Positions 49,749 to 60,391 are shown, counted from the first letter of the stretch. The stretch: 64,000 nucleotides of DNA from Candidatus Woesearchaeota archaeon (GCA_038891615.1 JAWADY010000001.1:160001-224000); one strand, 5' to 3'. The notes: a model not told the origin generated them from the letters alone. Made by a program: numbers and translations.

Positions 49749-51254
49749 ATGTCTGCTGAAACAAGGATACTCCTCAAAAAATATTTTGAAGAAAACTCAT
49801 TTGTACGCTCGGATATAGAATCCTTTAATGATTTCGTTGACCGAGAGCTGCATAATATTGTTGAAGAAAACAAAATAATAGAACCAACAATTATCCCTCC
49901 AAATGTTGAAAAATTCCAGATAAGGCTAGACGGGATATCTGTTGAGAAGCCAGAAATTATTGAAGCAGATGGCAGCAGGAGACCCATTTATCCGACTGAG
50001 GCAAGACTAAGAAAAATAACCTACGCAGCTCCTATTTACTTAGACATCAGTTCGCACATAAATGATGTTCAGCGCGAAAGCTTCACTCCACAAATAGGAA
50101 ACCTACCAATAATGCTGAAGTCAAAATACTGCCATCTTAATGGCCTTAGCGAAGAACAGCTTGTGGAAAAAGGCGAAGACCCATACGACCCAGGAGGTTA
50201 TTTCATCATAAATGGCACTGAGCGCATACTTGTTCATGTAGAAGACCTTGCTGCAAACAGGTTTATCGTTGAAAAAACAGGGGGTGTCAGCGAGTATACT
50301 GGAAGAATTTTCTCTGAATGGGGAAGTTACAAAATTCCGCACACTTTAGAAATGCTAAAAGACGGGCTTTTATACCTTAGCTTTAGCGGAAGAGCAAAGC
50401 GCATACCTCTCATAGTTGTCATAAAGGCTCTTGGCCTTATTAAGGATGAGGAAATTGTTAATTTTGTATCGCGTGAAAGGCAGTACGATGAAGTGCTTAT
50501 AAACCTTTTTGAATATTCCGGCATTAAAACATCAGAGGACGCAATGGAATGGATTGCAAAAGAGATTGGTATAACACAAGCAAAGGAAGTCAGACTTGAA
50601 AGGGTTTCTGAAATTTTGGACCGATTTCTTTTGCCACACATCGGTGTATCACAACATGCAAGAATAGCAAAGGCGTGGAACCTGTGCAAAATGATAAGAA
50701 AATATCTGGCAGTCGCCAATGGTGAAATAGAACCAGACGATAAAGATCACTATATGAACAAGCGCCTTAAGATGGCTGGCGACCTTCTAGCAGATCTCTT
50801 TAGGGTCAATCTTAAAATAATGATAAATGACCTTCTTTACAATTTCCAACGAAGTGTTAAGCGTGGCAAGTTTCCTTCAATAAAAACCCTTGTGAGGGAG
50901 AAGCTACTAACTTCAAGGATTTATAGCGCGATGGCAACTGGCAACTGGGTTGGTGGGCGAAAGGGAATATCTCAGAGGATTCAAAGATTAAACAACCTGA
51001 ATACTTTGAGTCATCTACAAAGGGTTGTTTCACCCTTATCCTCAACGCAAGAGAACTTCGAAGCAAGAGCGCTTCACCCAACACACTTAGGAAGACTTTG
51101 CCCAGTTGAAACCCCTGAAGGAATTCCGATTGGTTTGAGAAAAAATCTTTCACTACTTGCTTCGGTTTCACTCGAGTCGCCTGAAGAAGAAATACTTAAG
51201 GTCCTGAGGTCTGCAGGCCTCAAAGAGCTCCAGCTAGAGCGACCTGGAAAGTAA
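49749..51254 (+). CDS. rpoB2: RNA polymerase subunit B'' (Rpo2N)
   Basis: ARLRKITY, DPGGYFIING.E, DDKDHY.NKR, CPVETPEG...GL.KNL. Confidence 0.97.
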   Translation: MSAETRILLKKYFEENSFVRSDIESFNDFVDRELHNIVEENKIIEPTIIPPNVEKFQIRLDGISVEKPEIIEADGSRRPIYPTEARLRKITYAAPIYLDISSHINDVQRESFTPQIGNLPIMLKSKYCHLNGLSEEQLVEKGEDPYDPGGYFIINGTERILVHVEDLAANRFIVEKTGGVSEYTGRIFSEWGSYKIPHTLEMLKDGLLYLSFSGRAKRIPLIVVIKALGLIKDEEIVNFVSRERQYDEVLINLFEYSGIKTSEDAMEWIAKEIGITQAKEVRLERVSEILDRFLLPHIGVSQHARIAKAWNLCKMIRKYLAVANGEIEPDDKDHYMNKRLKMAGDLLADLFRVNLKIMINDLLYNFQRSVKRGKFPSIKTLVREKLLTSRIYSAMATGNWVGGRKGISQRIQRLNNLNTLSHLQRVVSPLSSTQENFEARALHPTHLGRLCPVETPEGIPIGLRKNLSLLASVSLESPEEEILKVLRSAGLKELQLERPGK

Positions 51255-51258
51255 CAAA

Positions 51259-53061
51259 ATGACAGAAGTTTATCTTAATGGCAAGTTTGTCGGCGATGTT
51301 GAAAGTCCTGAAGATTTCATTAGACACATAAAAAGTGAAAGAAGGAAAGGATTGATAACCCAGAATCTTAATGTCTATTATGACAAAAGGCTCGAGAGGA
51401 TTGAAGTTGAAGCAGGTCATGGAAGGGTTAGACGACCATTGATAGTTGTGCGCGATGGCCAACCTCTTCTAACAGAAAAGCACATCAAACAACTTGAAGC
51501 AGGAGAAATAAAGTGGAGCGATCTTATCAGACAGGGAGTGATAGAGTATCTTGACGCGTCTGAAGAAGAAGATGCGCTTGTTGCATTTTCTCCAAAAGAG
51601 CTAACGCCAGAACACACTCATCTCGAGATTACCCCACTTGCAATGCTTGGCCTTGTAACAAGCCTTGTACCATATGCAAACTTCATCATGCCAGTTAGAT
51701 TGATAATCGGTTCAAAAAATCTCCGACAATCAATAGGTTTTTACACAGCGAATTATCCGTTGCGGATGGATATGGACATAGGTCTGTTGCACTATCCACA
51801 AGTTCCAATTGTAAAAACAGCCATGCATGACATTTCACACTATGAACGCTATCCAGCGGGCCAAAACATTGTTATTGCTGTGATTGGGTATGAAGGCTAT
51901 AATATGGAAGATGCAATAGTCATTAACAAAGGTAGCATCCAACGCGGTTTTGGAAGGTCGACCTATTTCCGTCCTGTCATAAGCGAAGAGTTACGCTATT
52001 CAGGAGGTCTAATGGATAGGATCTGCATACCTGATAAAGATGTCAAGGGCTATAGATCTGAAAAAGATTACAGATTTCTTGAAGATGATGGAATTGTTTA
52101 TCCAGAAGCCAGGGTAAAAGAAGGAGACGTCGTCATTGGAAAAACCTCCCCACCAAGGTTCTTAAGCGCATTTGAGGAGTATGGGCTGGCTGCAAACATA
52201 AGAAGGGAAAGCTCAGAAGTGCTAAAGCATGGCGAGGGAGGGATTGTTGATTTTGTACTAATTACTGAAAACGAGGAAGGCAACAAATCAGTGCAGGTGA
52301 GAATAAGGGATCAAATGATACCTGAAATTGGGGATAAATTCATTTCAAGACATTCCCAAAAAGGTGTTGTTGGATTAATTGTTCCGGAGAGCGACATGCC
52401 CTTTACCGCTTCAGGAATCAGGCCTGACATACTTTTTAGTCCACATTCGATACCTTCAAGAATGACTATATCGCATCTCCTTGAGCTTATTGGAGCAAAG
52501 GTTGGCGCGCTTGCCGGAAGGGAAGTAGATGCAACAGCCTTTGAAGGCGAGCCGGAAGAAGCGCTGAGACAGGAACTTCTTAGATTAGGTTTCAACGAGA
52601 AAGGTATTGAGACGATGTATAATGGAATTACCGGCGAACAATACAAAGTAAAAATATTCGTTGGCCCTATGTACTACTTGAAACTTAAGCATCTTGTTGC
52701 CAACAAGATACAGTCCAGGGCACGTGGGCCAATCCAGTTGCTTACAAGGCAGCCAACTGAAGGGCGGGCAAAAGAGGGAGGGCTGAGACTTGGAGAGATG
52801 GAAAAGGACACCTTTGTGGCGCACGGGGCTGCACTCCTGCTAAAAGAGCGTTTTGATTCTGATAAGACGGTAGTTCCAGTGTGTGAAAATTGCGGGCTAA
52901 TTGCCATCCACGACAGCTATAAGAAAAAACGCTATTGCCTGGTTTGTGGTGAAAATGTTGAGATAAATGATATTGAAATTAGCTATGCTTTCAAACTTAT
53001 GCTTGACGAACTAAAAGCTATGGGAATTTATCCGAAAATGAGTCTTAAAACAAAATACTGA
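51259..53061 (+). CDS. rpoB1: RNA polymerase subunit B' (Rpo2C)
   Basis: GYNMEDA, GDKF.SRH.QKG, PSRMT, RQPTEGR..EGGLRLGEME, Zn finger. Confidence 0.97.
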   Translation: MTEVYLNGKFVGDVESPEDFIRHIKSERRKGLITQNLNVYYDKRLERIEVEAGHGRVRRPLIVVRDGQPLLTEKHIKQLEAGEIKWSDLIRQGVIEYLDASEEEDALVAFSPKELTPEHTHLEITPLAMLGLVTSLVPYANFIMPVRLIIGSKNLRQSIGFYTANYPLRMDMDIGLLHYPQVPIVKTAMHDISHYERYPAGQNIVIAVIGYEGYNMEDAIVINKGSIQRGFGRSTYFRPVISEELRYSGGLMDRICIPDKDVKGYRSEKDYRFLEDDGIVYPEARVKEGDVVIGKTSPPRFLSAFEEYGLAANIRRESSEVLKHGEGGIVDFVLITENEEGNKSVQVRIRDQMIPEIGDKFISRHSQKGVVGLIVPESDMPFTASGIRPDILFSPHSIPSRMTISHLLELIGAKVGALAGREVDATAFEGEPEEALRQELLRLGFNEKGIETMYNGITGEQYKVKIFVGPMYYLKLKHLVANKIQSRARGPIQLLTRQPTEGRAKEGGLRLGEMEKDTFVAHGAALLLKERFDSDKTVVPVCENCGLIAIHDSYKKKRYCLVCGENVEINDIEISYAFKLMLDELKAMGIYPKMSLKTKY

Positions 53062-53090
53062 AAAGGCACAAAAAATAAAATAACAGCAAA

Positions 53091-55874
53091 ATGCCAAAAG
53101 CAAATCAGGAAGAATCAAGAAGGATTATCAAAGAAGAGGTTGTCTCTGAAGCACCAAAAAATGTTGCTGCTGAAGGGGCGAGTGAAAAGGCTATGGAAAA
53201 GGTTACAGAAGAAGCAGTCCGACTAGAGGGACAAGCAGTTAAGCCCGATGAGGGAGCAGCAAAAGAAGCTGTTGCAGAGGCGGAGAAAAAGCCAACGGAG
53301 GAGTTCTACGAAGAACACATCTTCAAGAAAATAGATATGCTACAATTTGGGATGTTATCACCAAAGATGATAAAAAAGATGGCGGCTGCTAAAATAGTAA
53401 CACCCGAGCTTTACGACAAAGAGGGCTATCCTGTTGATGGAGGGCTAATGGATGTCCGATTAGGCGTTATTGATCCAGGCTTGCGCTGCAAGACTTGTGG
53501 CTCAAAGTTGAAGGACTGTGTTGGGCACTTCGGCTACATCGAACTTGCCAGACCAGTCATACATGTGAAATTTGTTCCAATCATTGATATTCTTCTTAAG
53601 TCCGTATGCAAGGAATGTAGTAGGGTTTTGATACCAGAGCCAAAGCTTGAAAGTGCACGCGGTTATCTCAACAATGTTGAAGAGCGCGAAGGTATTGAAG
53701 CCAGGATGATGGCGGCAAAAGAGCTTATCACAAGATTGAAAATAAAAGTTTGCCCTTATTGCAAGAAGAAGATAGGAAAGATAACCCTTGAAAAACCAAC
53801 CACATTTATTGAAGGAGAAAAAAGGCTTTCTCCGATTGAGATAAGGGCAATATTTGAAAACATGAAGGATGAGGATTTGGAACTTCTTGGCTTGGATCCT
53901 AAAAGTGCAAGGCCTGAGTGGATGATACTGACAGTTCTTCCTGTTCCTCCTGTGACAATGAGGCCAAGCATAACGCTTGAATCTGGAGAACGCTCAGAAG
54001 ACGACCTCACCCACAAGCTAGGAGATATTGTCAGGATAAATCAGAGACTTTTTGAGAACATAAACGCAGGAGCTCCAGAAGTTATCATCGAAGACCTATG
54101 GGATTTGTTGCAATACCACATCACGACATATTTTGACAATTCAATACCACAACTTCCACCAGCAAGGCATAGGTCCGGTCAGCCTCTCAAGACGCTTACT
54201 GAGAGGATAAAATCAAAAGAGGGAAGGATAAGGCATAATCTCGCTGGAAAGAGGACAAACTTTTGTGCAAGGACGGTCATAAGCCCCGATCCCTTGCTTG
54301 AAATTGACGAGGTTGGAGTGCCCATAACGGTTGCACTAAAGGTGACAGTTGCTGAAACCGTTCAACCGTGGAATATTGATTATCTGAAAAAGTTTGTAGA
54401 AAGAGGACCAAGAGAATATCCAGGCGCCAACTATGTCATAAGGCCTGATGGAAAGAGAAAAAAGATAACCGATGAAACAAAACAGGCCCTTCTTGAAGAA
54501 CTTGCACCTGGTTATGTTGTTGAAAGACACCTTATTGACGGAGACATTGGTGTCTTGAACAGACAGCCATCCTTGCACAAAATGTCAATGATGTGCCATA
54601 GGATAAAGGTATTGCCCTACAGAACATTTAGAATAAATCCATGTGTATGCGCGCCATATGCAGCAGACTTTGATGGTGATGAAATGAATCTCCATGTACC
54701 TCAAACAGAGGAAAGCCGCGCAGAGGCCGAGTTGCTGATGCAAGTACAAACACAAGTGATAAGCCCAAGGTATGGTCTATCAATCATCGGCTGCATACAG
54801 GACGCAATAACAGGAAATTATCTTCTTACAAGTTCAAAGGAACCATTTTCCATTGAAGAAGCGGCATCGCTTCTTATTTCTGTTGGTGTGACCGACTTCT
54901 CAAGGTTGCCTAATAAAAAATCTGTAACTGGCAAAGAGATTTTTAGCGTCCTTCTGCCAAAGGATCTTGATTTTGTGGGGAAGTCAAAAAAGGGTGAAAA
55001 CGTTGTAATAAAAAATGGATGGCTGGTAGAAGGAACTATCGATGTTGCAACTATTGGAGGAGAAGGAGAAGGGATTCTCCTTAGAACGCTACACCAAAAA
55101 TATGGTGCAAAAAACGCTATTGAGATTCTTCACAAGATATTCATGCTTGGAAATGAATACCTTATGCGTAGAGGTTTCACTACAGGAATTGCTGATACCG
55201 ACCTTACGGAAGTTGGCAAAGAAGCGATAATGACTCTGCTAAGCGAGGCTGAATTGGATGTGCAAAAGCTCATCCAAATCTATGCCGAAGGTAAGCTCGA
55301 AGCGTTCCCAGGCCGTACACTTGAAGAAACGCTAGAACTCAAGATACTTGAACTTTTGAACAGGGTGAGAAATAAGTGTGGGCTTGTCGTAAGTGAGATA
55401 ACTCCGTCGGATAACGCAACAAAGATAATGGCAGACTCAGGTGCGCGAGGAAGCTTGCTTAATCTTACAATGATGGCTGCTTGTGTTGGACAGCAGGCTC
55501 TGCGCGGAAAAAGAATAAGTTATGGTTATAAGGGCAGAACTCTATCGACTTTTAAGCGCGGAGACCTTGGACCTGACGCAAGAGGCTTCATAAGGTCGAG
55601 CTACAAATCAGGGTTAAATCCAAAAGAATTCTTTTTTGGAGCAATCACCGGCAGGGATAGCCTTATGGACACCGCGCTAAGAACCCCTAAGTCAGGATAC
55701 CTTTACAGACGCCTTGCAAACGCCCTTCAAGATATCAAGGTAGAATATGATGGTACTGTAAGGGATGCTACTGGCAGAATAATCCAATTTGAGTATGGTG
55801 AAGATGGTCTTGACGTCTCAAAAACAGAACAAGGAAAAATAAATGTGGATAGGATAATTGCGATACTTGGTTGA
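53091..55874 (+). CDS. rpoA1: RNA polymerase subunit A' (Rpo1N)
   Basis: CKTC..C.GHFG, NRQPSLH, (A)ADFDGDEMN, DTALRT..SGY..RRL. Confidence 0.98.
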   Translation: MPKANQEESRRIIKEEVVSEAPKNVAAEGASEKAMEKVTEEAVRLEGQAVKPDEGAAKEAVAEAEKKPTEEFYEEHIFKKIDMLQFGMLSPKMIKKMAAAKIVTPELYDKEGYPVDGGLMDVRLGVIDPGLRCKTCGSKLKDCVGHFGYIELARPVIHVKFVPIIDILLKSVCKECSRVLIPEPKLESARGYLNNVEEREGIEARMMAAKELITRLKIKVCPYCKKKIGKITLEKPTTFIEGEKRLSPIEIRAIFENMKDEDLELLGLDPKSARPEWMILTVLPVPPVTMRPSITLESGERSEDDLTHKLGDIVRINQRLFENINAGAPEVIIEDLWDLLQYHITTYFDNSIPQLPPARHRSGQPLKTLTERIKSKEGRIRHNLAGKRTNFCARTVISPDPLLEIDEVGVPITVALKVTVAETVQPWNIDYLKKFVERGPREYPGANYVIRPDGKRKKITDETKQALLEELAPGYVVERHLIDGDIGVLNRQPSLHKMSMMCHRIKVLPYRTFRINPCVCAPYAADFDGDEMNLHVPQTEESRAEAELLMQVQTQVISPRYGLSIIGCIQDAITGNYLLTSSKEPFSIEEAASLLISVGVTDFSRLPNKKSVTGKEIFSVLLPKDLDFVGKSKKGENVVIKNGWLVEGTIDVATIGGEGEGILLRTLHQKYGAKNAIEILHKIFMLGNEYLMRRGFTTGIADTDLTEVGKEAIMTLLSEAELDVQKLIQIYAEGKLEAFPGRTLEETLELKILELLNRVRNKCGLVVSEITPSDNATKIMADSGARGSLLNLTMMAACVGQQALRGKRISYGYKGRTLSTFKRGDLGPDARGFIRSSYKSGLNPKEFFFGAITGRDSLMDTALRTPKSGYLYRRLANALQDIKVEYDGTVRDATGRIIQFEYGEDGLDVSKTEQGKINVDRIIAILG

Positions 55875-55881
55875 GGTGAAA

Positions 55882-57042
55882 ATGCATCCAGAACTAGAAA
55901 AATACAAGGGCCTGATGCCTCCTTCCATTCTTGCCGAAATCGAAGAGAAGTGTCCAGCAAGCAAAATAAAAAAGGTTGCGGAGAAGGTTTATGAAGAATA
56001 CAAAAGTGCAAGGATTGATGCAGGGGAAGCGATTGGCATTGTGACAGCAGAATCACTTGGAGAGCCAGGCACCCAGATGACTTTGAATGTTTTCCACTTC
56101 GCAGGAGTTTCTGAAATGAATGTTACAATGGGCTTGCCAAGACTTATAGAGATATTTGACGGTAGAAAAACACCAACCACACCAATGATGGAAATATATT
56201 TGAAAAGTCCTTACAATAGCGGCAAGAACATTCGTGAGCTTGCGCTTTCAATCAAAGAAACAAAACTTGGGGAACTTGTGCCGGAGTTTGTCATGAACAT
56301 AGTCGATATGACAATCGAGGTCTCTCCGAATCCTGAAAAGCTAAAAAGCAGAGGACTGACTCTTGCACAGGTTGCAAAAGCTATAGAGACAGGGGTGCGC
56401 GAGGCAAGCACAAAGCTAAAGGAGGGCGTGATTATCATAAAGCCAAAGAAGTCTGAAGAGCAGACGCTGAATGCTTTGTACAGACTCAGGGAAAAACTCA
56501 AGGAAGTTTACGTCCACGGCGTGAAAGGAATAAACCAGGTCCTTCCTGTGAAAAGAAAGGATGAGTATGTTATAATCACTTCAGGCTCAAATCTTAGGAA
56601 GATTCTTGAGCTCGACTTTGTGGACCAAACAAGAACAACCACCAACGACATCTTTGAGATAGCTGAAGTACTTGGAATTGAAGCGGCCCGCAGAGCAATC
56701 CTCGAAGAGGTAAACAAAGTCGTTGCAGCGCAAGGACTTAATGTTGATATCCGTCACATCATGCTTGTTGCAGATACGATGTGTGCGGGCGGAACAATAA
56801 AAGGTGTAACACGCTATGGGGTTGTAAGTGAGAAAGCAAGTGTTCTTGCGAGAGCTTCCTTCGAAACTCCAATAAAGCACATCATCGATGCGTCGCTCAT
56901 TGGTGAGGTGGATGAGCTGAATTCTATTGTTGAAAATGTTATGATTAACCAGCCAATGCCTGTTGGCACGGGCCTTCCAAGTCTTGTCACAAAAATAATA
57001 AAGGAAGCTATGGCAAAGCCTGAAGGAAAGGAGAAAGAGTGA
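55882..57042 (+). CDS. rpoA2: RNA polymerase subunit A'' (Rpo1C)
   Basis: GEPGTQMTL..FHFAG, GLPRL.E, LGIEAAR, RASFE; GAGGTGA RBS. Confidence 0.97.
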   Translation: MHPELEKYKGLMPPSILAEIEEKCPASKIKKVAEKVYEEYKSARIDAGEAIGIVTAESLGEPGTQMTLNVFHFAGVSEMNVTMGLPRLIEIFDGRKTPTTPMMEIYLKSPYNSGKNIRELALSIKETKLGELVPEFVMNIVDMTIEVSPNPEKLKSRGLTLAQVAKAIETGVREASTKLKEGVIIIKPKKSEEQTLNALYRLREKLKEVYVHGVKGINQVLPVKRKDEYVIITSGSNLRKILELDFVDQTRTTTNDIFEIAEVLGIEAARRAILEEVNKVVAAQGLNVDIRHIMLVADTMCAGGTIKGVTRYGVVSEKASVLARASFETPIKHIIDASLIGEVDELNSIVENVMINQPMPVGTGLPSLVTKIIKEAMAKPEGKEKE

Positions 57043-57318
57043 ATGGCAGAGGATGTCATTTCTGAAATAAAAAAAGCTGTCGAAACAGGAAAAGCAATTA
57101 TCGGCAAAAAGGCAACTTTGAAAGCTCTCAGAGCTGGAAGGCTTTCTAAAGTTTTCATCACTTCGAACTGTCCAAAAGATTTAAAGGAAACTATCGAAAG
57201 ATATAGCTTAGTTGCAAAGACTGAGATTATTCGACTTCCTTTTCCAAACACGGAGCTTGGGACTGTTTGTAGAAAACCTTTTTCTGTTTCAGTGATTGGT
57301 TACAGGCGGGAGAAATGA
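57043..57318 (+). CDS. rpl30e: 50S ribosomal protein L30e
   Basis: TGK..IG, NCP, ELG..C.KPF; conserved position after rpoA2. Confidence 0.95.
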   Translation: MAEDVISEIKKAVETGKAIIGKKATLKALRAGRLSKVFITSNCPKDLKETIERYSLVAKTEIIRLPFPNTELGTVCRKPFSVSVIGYRREK

Positions 57319-57353
57319 TAGTTTTAGGAGAGCTTGAAAAATAGCAAGAAAAA

Positions 57354-57767
57354 ATGAGAATAAAATACGGCGCAAAAGAAATAGGTTACATGTCAGTTTT
57401 TGAAGGAACAACTGGCGCAAAAGCGATTGATTGCATCGTAATCAAAGATATGGCATTTTTTGTTGTGAAAAGCGAAGAGGTTTCAAAAGCCATCGGGAAG
57501 GGTGGTGAGAACATACACCTTCTTGAGAGACTGCTTAGAAAACGTGTCAAGGTTGCACCACTCTATGACGATGTGGCAAGATTTATAAAGGGACTTGTTT
57601 CGCCATTAAAAATAGCCCAATTCAGGATGGAGGGTAACATTGCGGTCATCACCCCTCCTGATCTAAAAACAAGGGGCTTTTTGATAGGAAGAGCAGCAAC
57701 AAACCTTCGCATGCTGGAAGCTGTTGTCAAAAGGCACTTCAAGATAGAAGAAATAAAGGTTGAATAA
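57354..57767 (+). CDS. nusA: archaeal NusA-like KH protein
   Basis: AIGKGGENI and LIGRAA.N KH motifs; conserved position. Confidence 0.92.
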   Translation: MRIKYGAKEIGYMSVFEGTTGAKAIDCIVIKDMAFFVVKSEEVSKAIGKGGENIHLLERLLRKRVKVAPLYDDVARFIKGLVSPLKIAQFRMEGNIAVITPPDLKTRGFLIGRAATNLRMLEAVVKRHFKIEEIKVE

Positions 57768-57806
57768 AAAACGCATTGTCTCGCGTGAAAATTTCCAACA
57801 AAAACA

Positions 57807-58235
57807 ATGGGAAACGGACTTGGAGCAGGAAGGTATCTGAAGAAGAGGCGATATTTAGATAGGCTGCACTCTAAACGATTTATCAGAAGGCTTTTTGCAC
57901 TCAAAAAGAAATCAGACCCTCTTGAAGGCGCAAGCCAAGCAAAAGGAATTGTTATCGAAAAGGTTCAGCTCGAAGCAAAGCAGCCAAATTCAGCAATGAG
58001 AAAGTGTGTAAGGGTGCAACTCATAAAGAATGGCCGCCAGGTGACTGCGTTTCTACCAAAGGATGGTGCGCAAAAAATGGTTGATGAACATGATGAAGTA
58101 ATAATAGAATGCATCGGCGGAGCAATGGGAAAGTCAAAGGGGGATATTCCTGGTGTGCGATGGGCTGTCATCAAGGTAAATGGGCAGTCGCTTGATGCAT
58201 TGTTAAAAGGTAAAATAGAAAAGGCAAGGAAGTAA
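57807..58235 (+). CDS. rps12: 30S ribosomal protein S12 (uS12)
   Basis: [27 protein letters not shown]. Confidence 0.98.
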   Translation: MGNGLGAGRYLKKRRYLDRLHSKRFIRRLFALKKKSDPLEGASQAKGIVIEKVQLEAKQPNSAMRKCVRVQLIKNGRQVTAFLPKDGAQKMVDEHDEVIIECIGGAMGKSKGDIPGVRWAVIKVNGQSLDALLKGKIEKARK

Positions 58236-58243
58236 AGGTTAAA

Positions 58244-58840
58244 ATGGAAATAAAAGCACTTGGCAGATGGTCTGTTAGCGGCATAGTGGTTGAGGACCCT
58301 GGATTGAAGCGTTACATATCCCTCAATCCAACAATTTTTCCGAAAACCGGGGCAAGATATGCAGGCAAGCGTTTTTACAAATCAAAAACATTTATTGTTG
58401 AAAGACTGATAAATAGGATGATGGTGACTGGTCACAAGGCAAAGAAGCATTTTATAACCTCGGGAAGATTTGGTGGCAAAGCAGCCACAATCACAAAGAT
58501 TGTTACAAACGCGCTTGCGCTTGTTGAGCAGCGTCTTAAGGAGAATCCAGTCAAGGTGCTTGTTAAGGTCATAGAGAATGCTGCCCCGCGCGAAGAGATT
58601 GTTGCAATAGAATACGGAGGCGCACGTTATCCCAAAGCAGTTGATTGCGCTCCACAAAGACGGATTGATGTTGCTCTGAAAAATATTGTTCAAGGTGCGT
58701 ACTGGAAGGCATTCAACAATAAGAAAAGGATTGCAGAGGCGCTTGCTGATGAGCTAATTGCAGCGTATCGTCTTGATGCAAAGTCAAATGCCATTGCAAA
58801 AAAATACGAGCTAGAACGACAGGCAGACAGCGCTAGATAG
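58244..58840 (+). CDS. rps7: 30S ribosomal protein S7 (uS7)
   Basis: IVERLIN, ENAAPREE, AVD.APQRR.D, ERQA.SAR. Confidence 0.98.
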   Translation: MEIKALGRWSVSGIVVEDPGLKRYISLNPTIFPKTGARYAGKRFYKSKTFIVERLINRMMVTGHKAKKHFITSGRFGGKAATITKIVTNALALVEQRLKENPVKVLVKVIENAAPREEIVAIEYGGARYPKAVDCAPQRRIDVALKNIVQGAYWKAFNNKKRIAEALADELIAAYRLDAKSNAIAKKYELERQADSAR

Positions 58841-58984
58841 TTAATTCTCAAGCTTTCAAAAATAAAAAGCATATTCTGGAGTATACAAATCTTTTTAAAG
58901 CAGTAGCTACTTCAGAGGCGTAACGAGAGGAAGCCTTATGGGCTTCCCTCTGTTGCAAATCTAAAATAAAGTGGGGGATTGGAA

Positions 58985-60391
58985 ATGTTCAAGATGTCAA
59001 AAGGGCTCATTTTTGTGCTACTTGCAATAATCTTTGCAACATCAGTCTATGCCACGGCTTCTCTTAACTTTCCTACTGTTGCACTTGGAGGGCCATCACA
59101 AGAACGCAATAAAAATGCTTCCACTTCTGTTACAATAACAAACACTGGAGATGTAACACTCAGCAATTTGACATTTTCAACAAATGCTGACGCAAAGTAT
59201 GGTGTGACATTTTCAGGAAGCTGTATAAATGCACAATTGGCATCAGGCGGAACATGCACACTGACAACATCTGCTAGCGTCCCAAAAGATTTTGATGCGG
59301 TTGATTCTTCAAGCCTTCAAGAAAAGGCATTTCTGATAGGTACAATAACCGCATCGGCTAATTATTCCTCTGGAAATGGCTCGGTAATAATAACGACAAC
59401 AACAAACCTGACACTGCAAGCAGAGAATCAACTTGAACTTCGCAAAGTCAAGGTAATTGTTAATGGCATTGAGGATTCTGTCAGCGACGGCGATACTGTT
59501 AGAAAAATAAAGCCGGGTGATGAAATAGATATCGAGATAACCGTAAAAAATAACTTTGACGATTCAAAAAACGATGTGACCATAGAGAATGTTGAGGTTA
59601 AGGCAAAAGTTGATGATAATGACCTTGATATAGATGAGTCTGAAGATATAGGCGATTTAGATGCTGACGACTCTGATACAATCAGCTTCAACAACCTTCT
59701 TGTTGACGAGGAGGCTGACGGAACTTATGACCTAGTCATAAGCGCAACAGGAAGGGATGAAAATGGCGCACTTCACGCTGACAAGATGACTGTAAAGCTA
59801 AAGGTTGAGCGCGAAACACATGAAATCAAAATAACAAAGGCATTACTTACAAACAGCAAGCTTGCATGTGTAGAAGGCAGCATTACGGACACAACCGCAA
59901 GGATAAGCTTTGTAAACATTGGCAAACGCGATGAAAAAGAAGTTGCCATTTCTGCATCAATCGACAAGCTTGGCATTACAGCAAGAAAAGATGGCATAGA
60001 GCTTGAAAAGGACGACAGCTCGAGTATAAGCCTTTTACTTGACATTCCGGATAGCGCAAAAGCTGGAACATATGATGTTACAGTGACAAGTTATTATAAC
60101 AATGATGTGCCATCAGACACAAAGACAATCCCACTGCAGATAGAAAAGTGTGAGCAGCCACAAAACGCTTCTACGACCACAACAGCAACACCAACCACCC
60201 CAACAGCACCAACTACAACAGCGACAACTCAAGCCATAACAACACCAACCATCAGGCTTACAGAAAAAGCACAAAAGAGCACTCCATTTACAGAGACCCC
60301 AGCATATCTCTGGCTGCTGGGTGGAATAAGCGCAGGGATTGTGATTGTTATATTCCAACTCATCAGCAAGCTGCTGCTGGTGAGGAAGTAG
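58985..60391 (+). CDS. S-layer-like cell-surface glycoprotein
   Basis: Signal peptide, acidic Ig-like domains, several N-x-S/T sequons, Thr/Pro-rich linker, C-terminal TM + basic tail. Confidence 0.75.
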   Translation: MFKMSKGLIFVLLAIIFATSVYATASLNFPTVALGGPSQERNKNASTSVTITNTGDVTLSNLTFSTNADAKYGVTFSGSCINAQLASGGTCTLTTSASVPKDFDAVDSSSLQEKAFLIGTITASANYSSGNGSVIITTTTNLTLQAENQLELRKVKVIVNGIEDSVSDGDTVRKIKPGDEIDIEITVKNNFDDSKNDVTIENVEVKAKVDDNDLDIDESEDIGDLDADDSDTISFNNLLVDEEADGTYDLVISATGRDENGALHADKMTVKLKVERETHEIKITKALLTNSKLACVEGSITDTTARISFVNIGKRDEKEVAISASIDKLGITARKDGIELEKDDSSSISLLLDIPDSAKAGTYDVTVTSYYNNDVPSDTKTIPLQIEKCEQPQNASTTTTATPTTPTAPTTTATTQAITTPTIRLTEKAQKSTPFTETPAYLWLLGGISAGIVIVIFQLISKLLLVRK

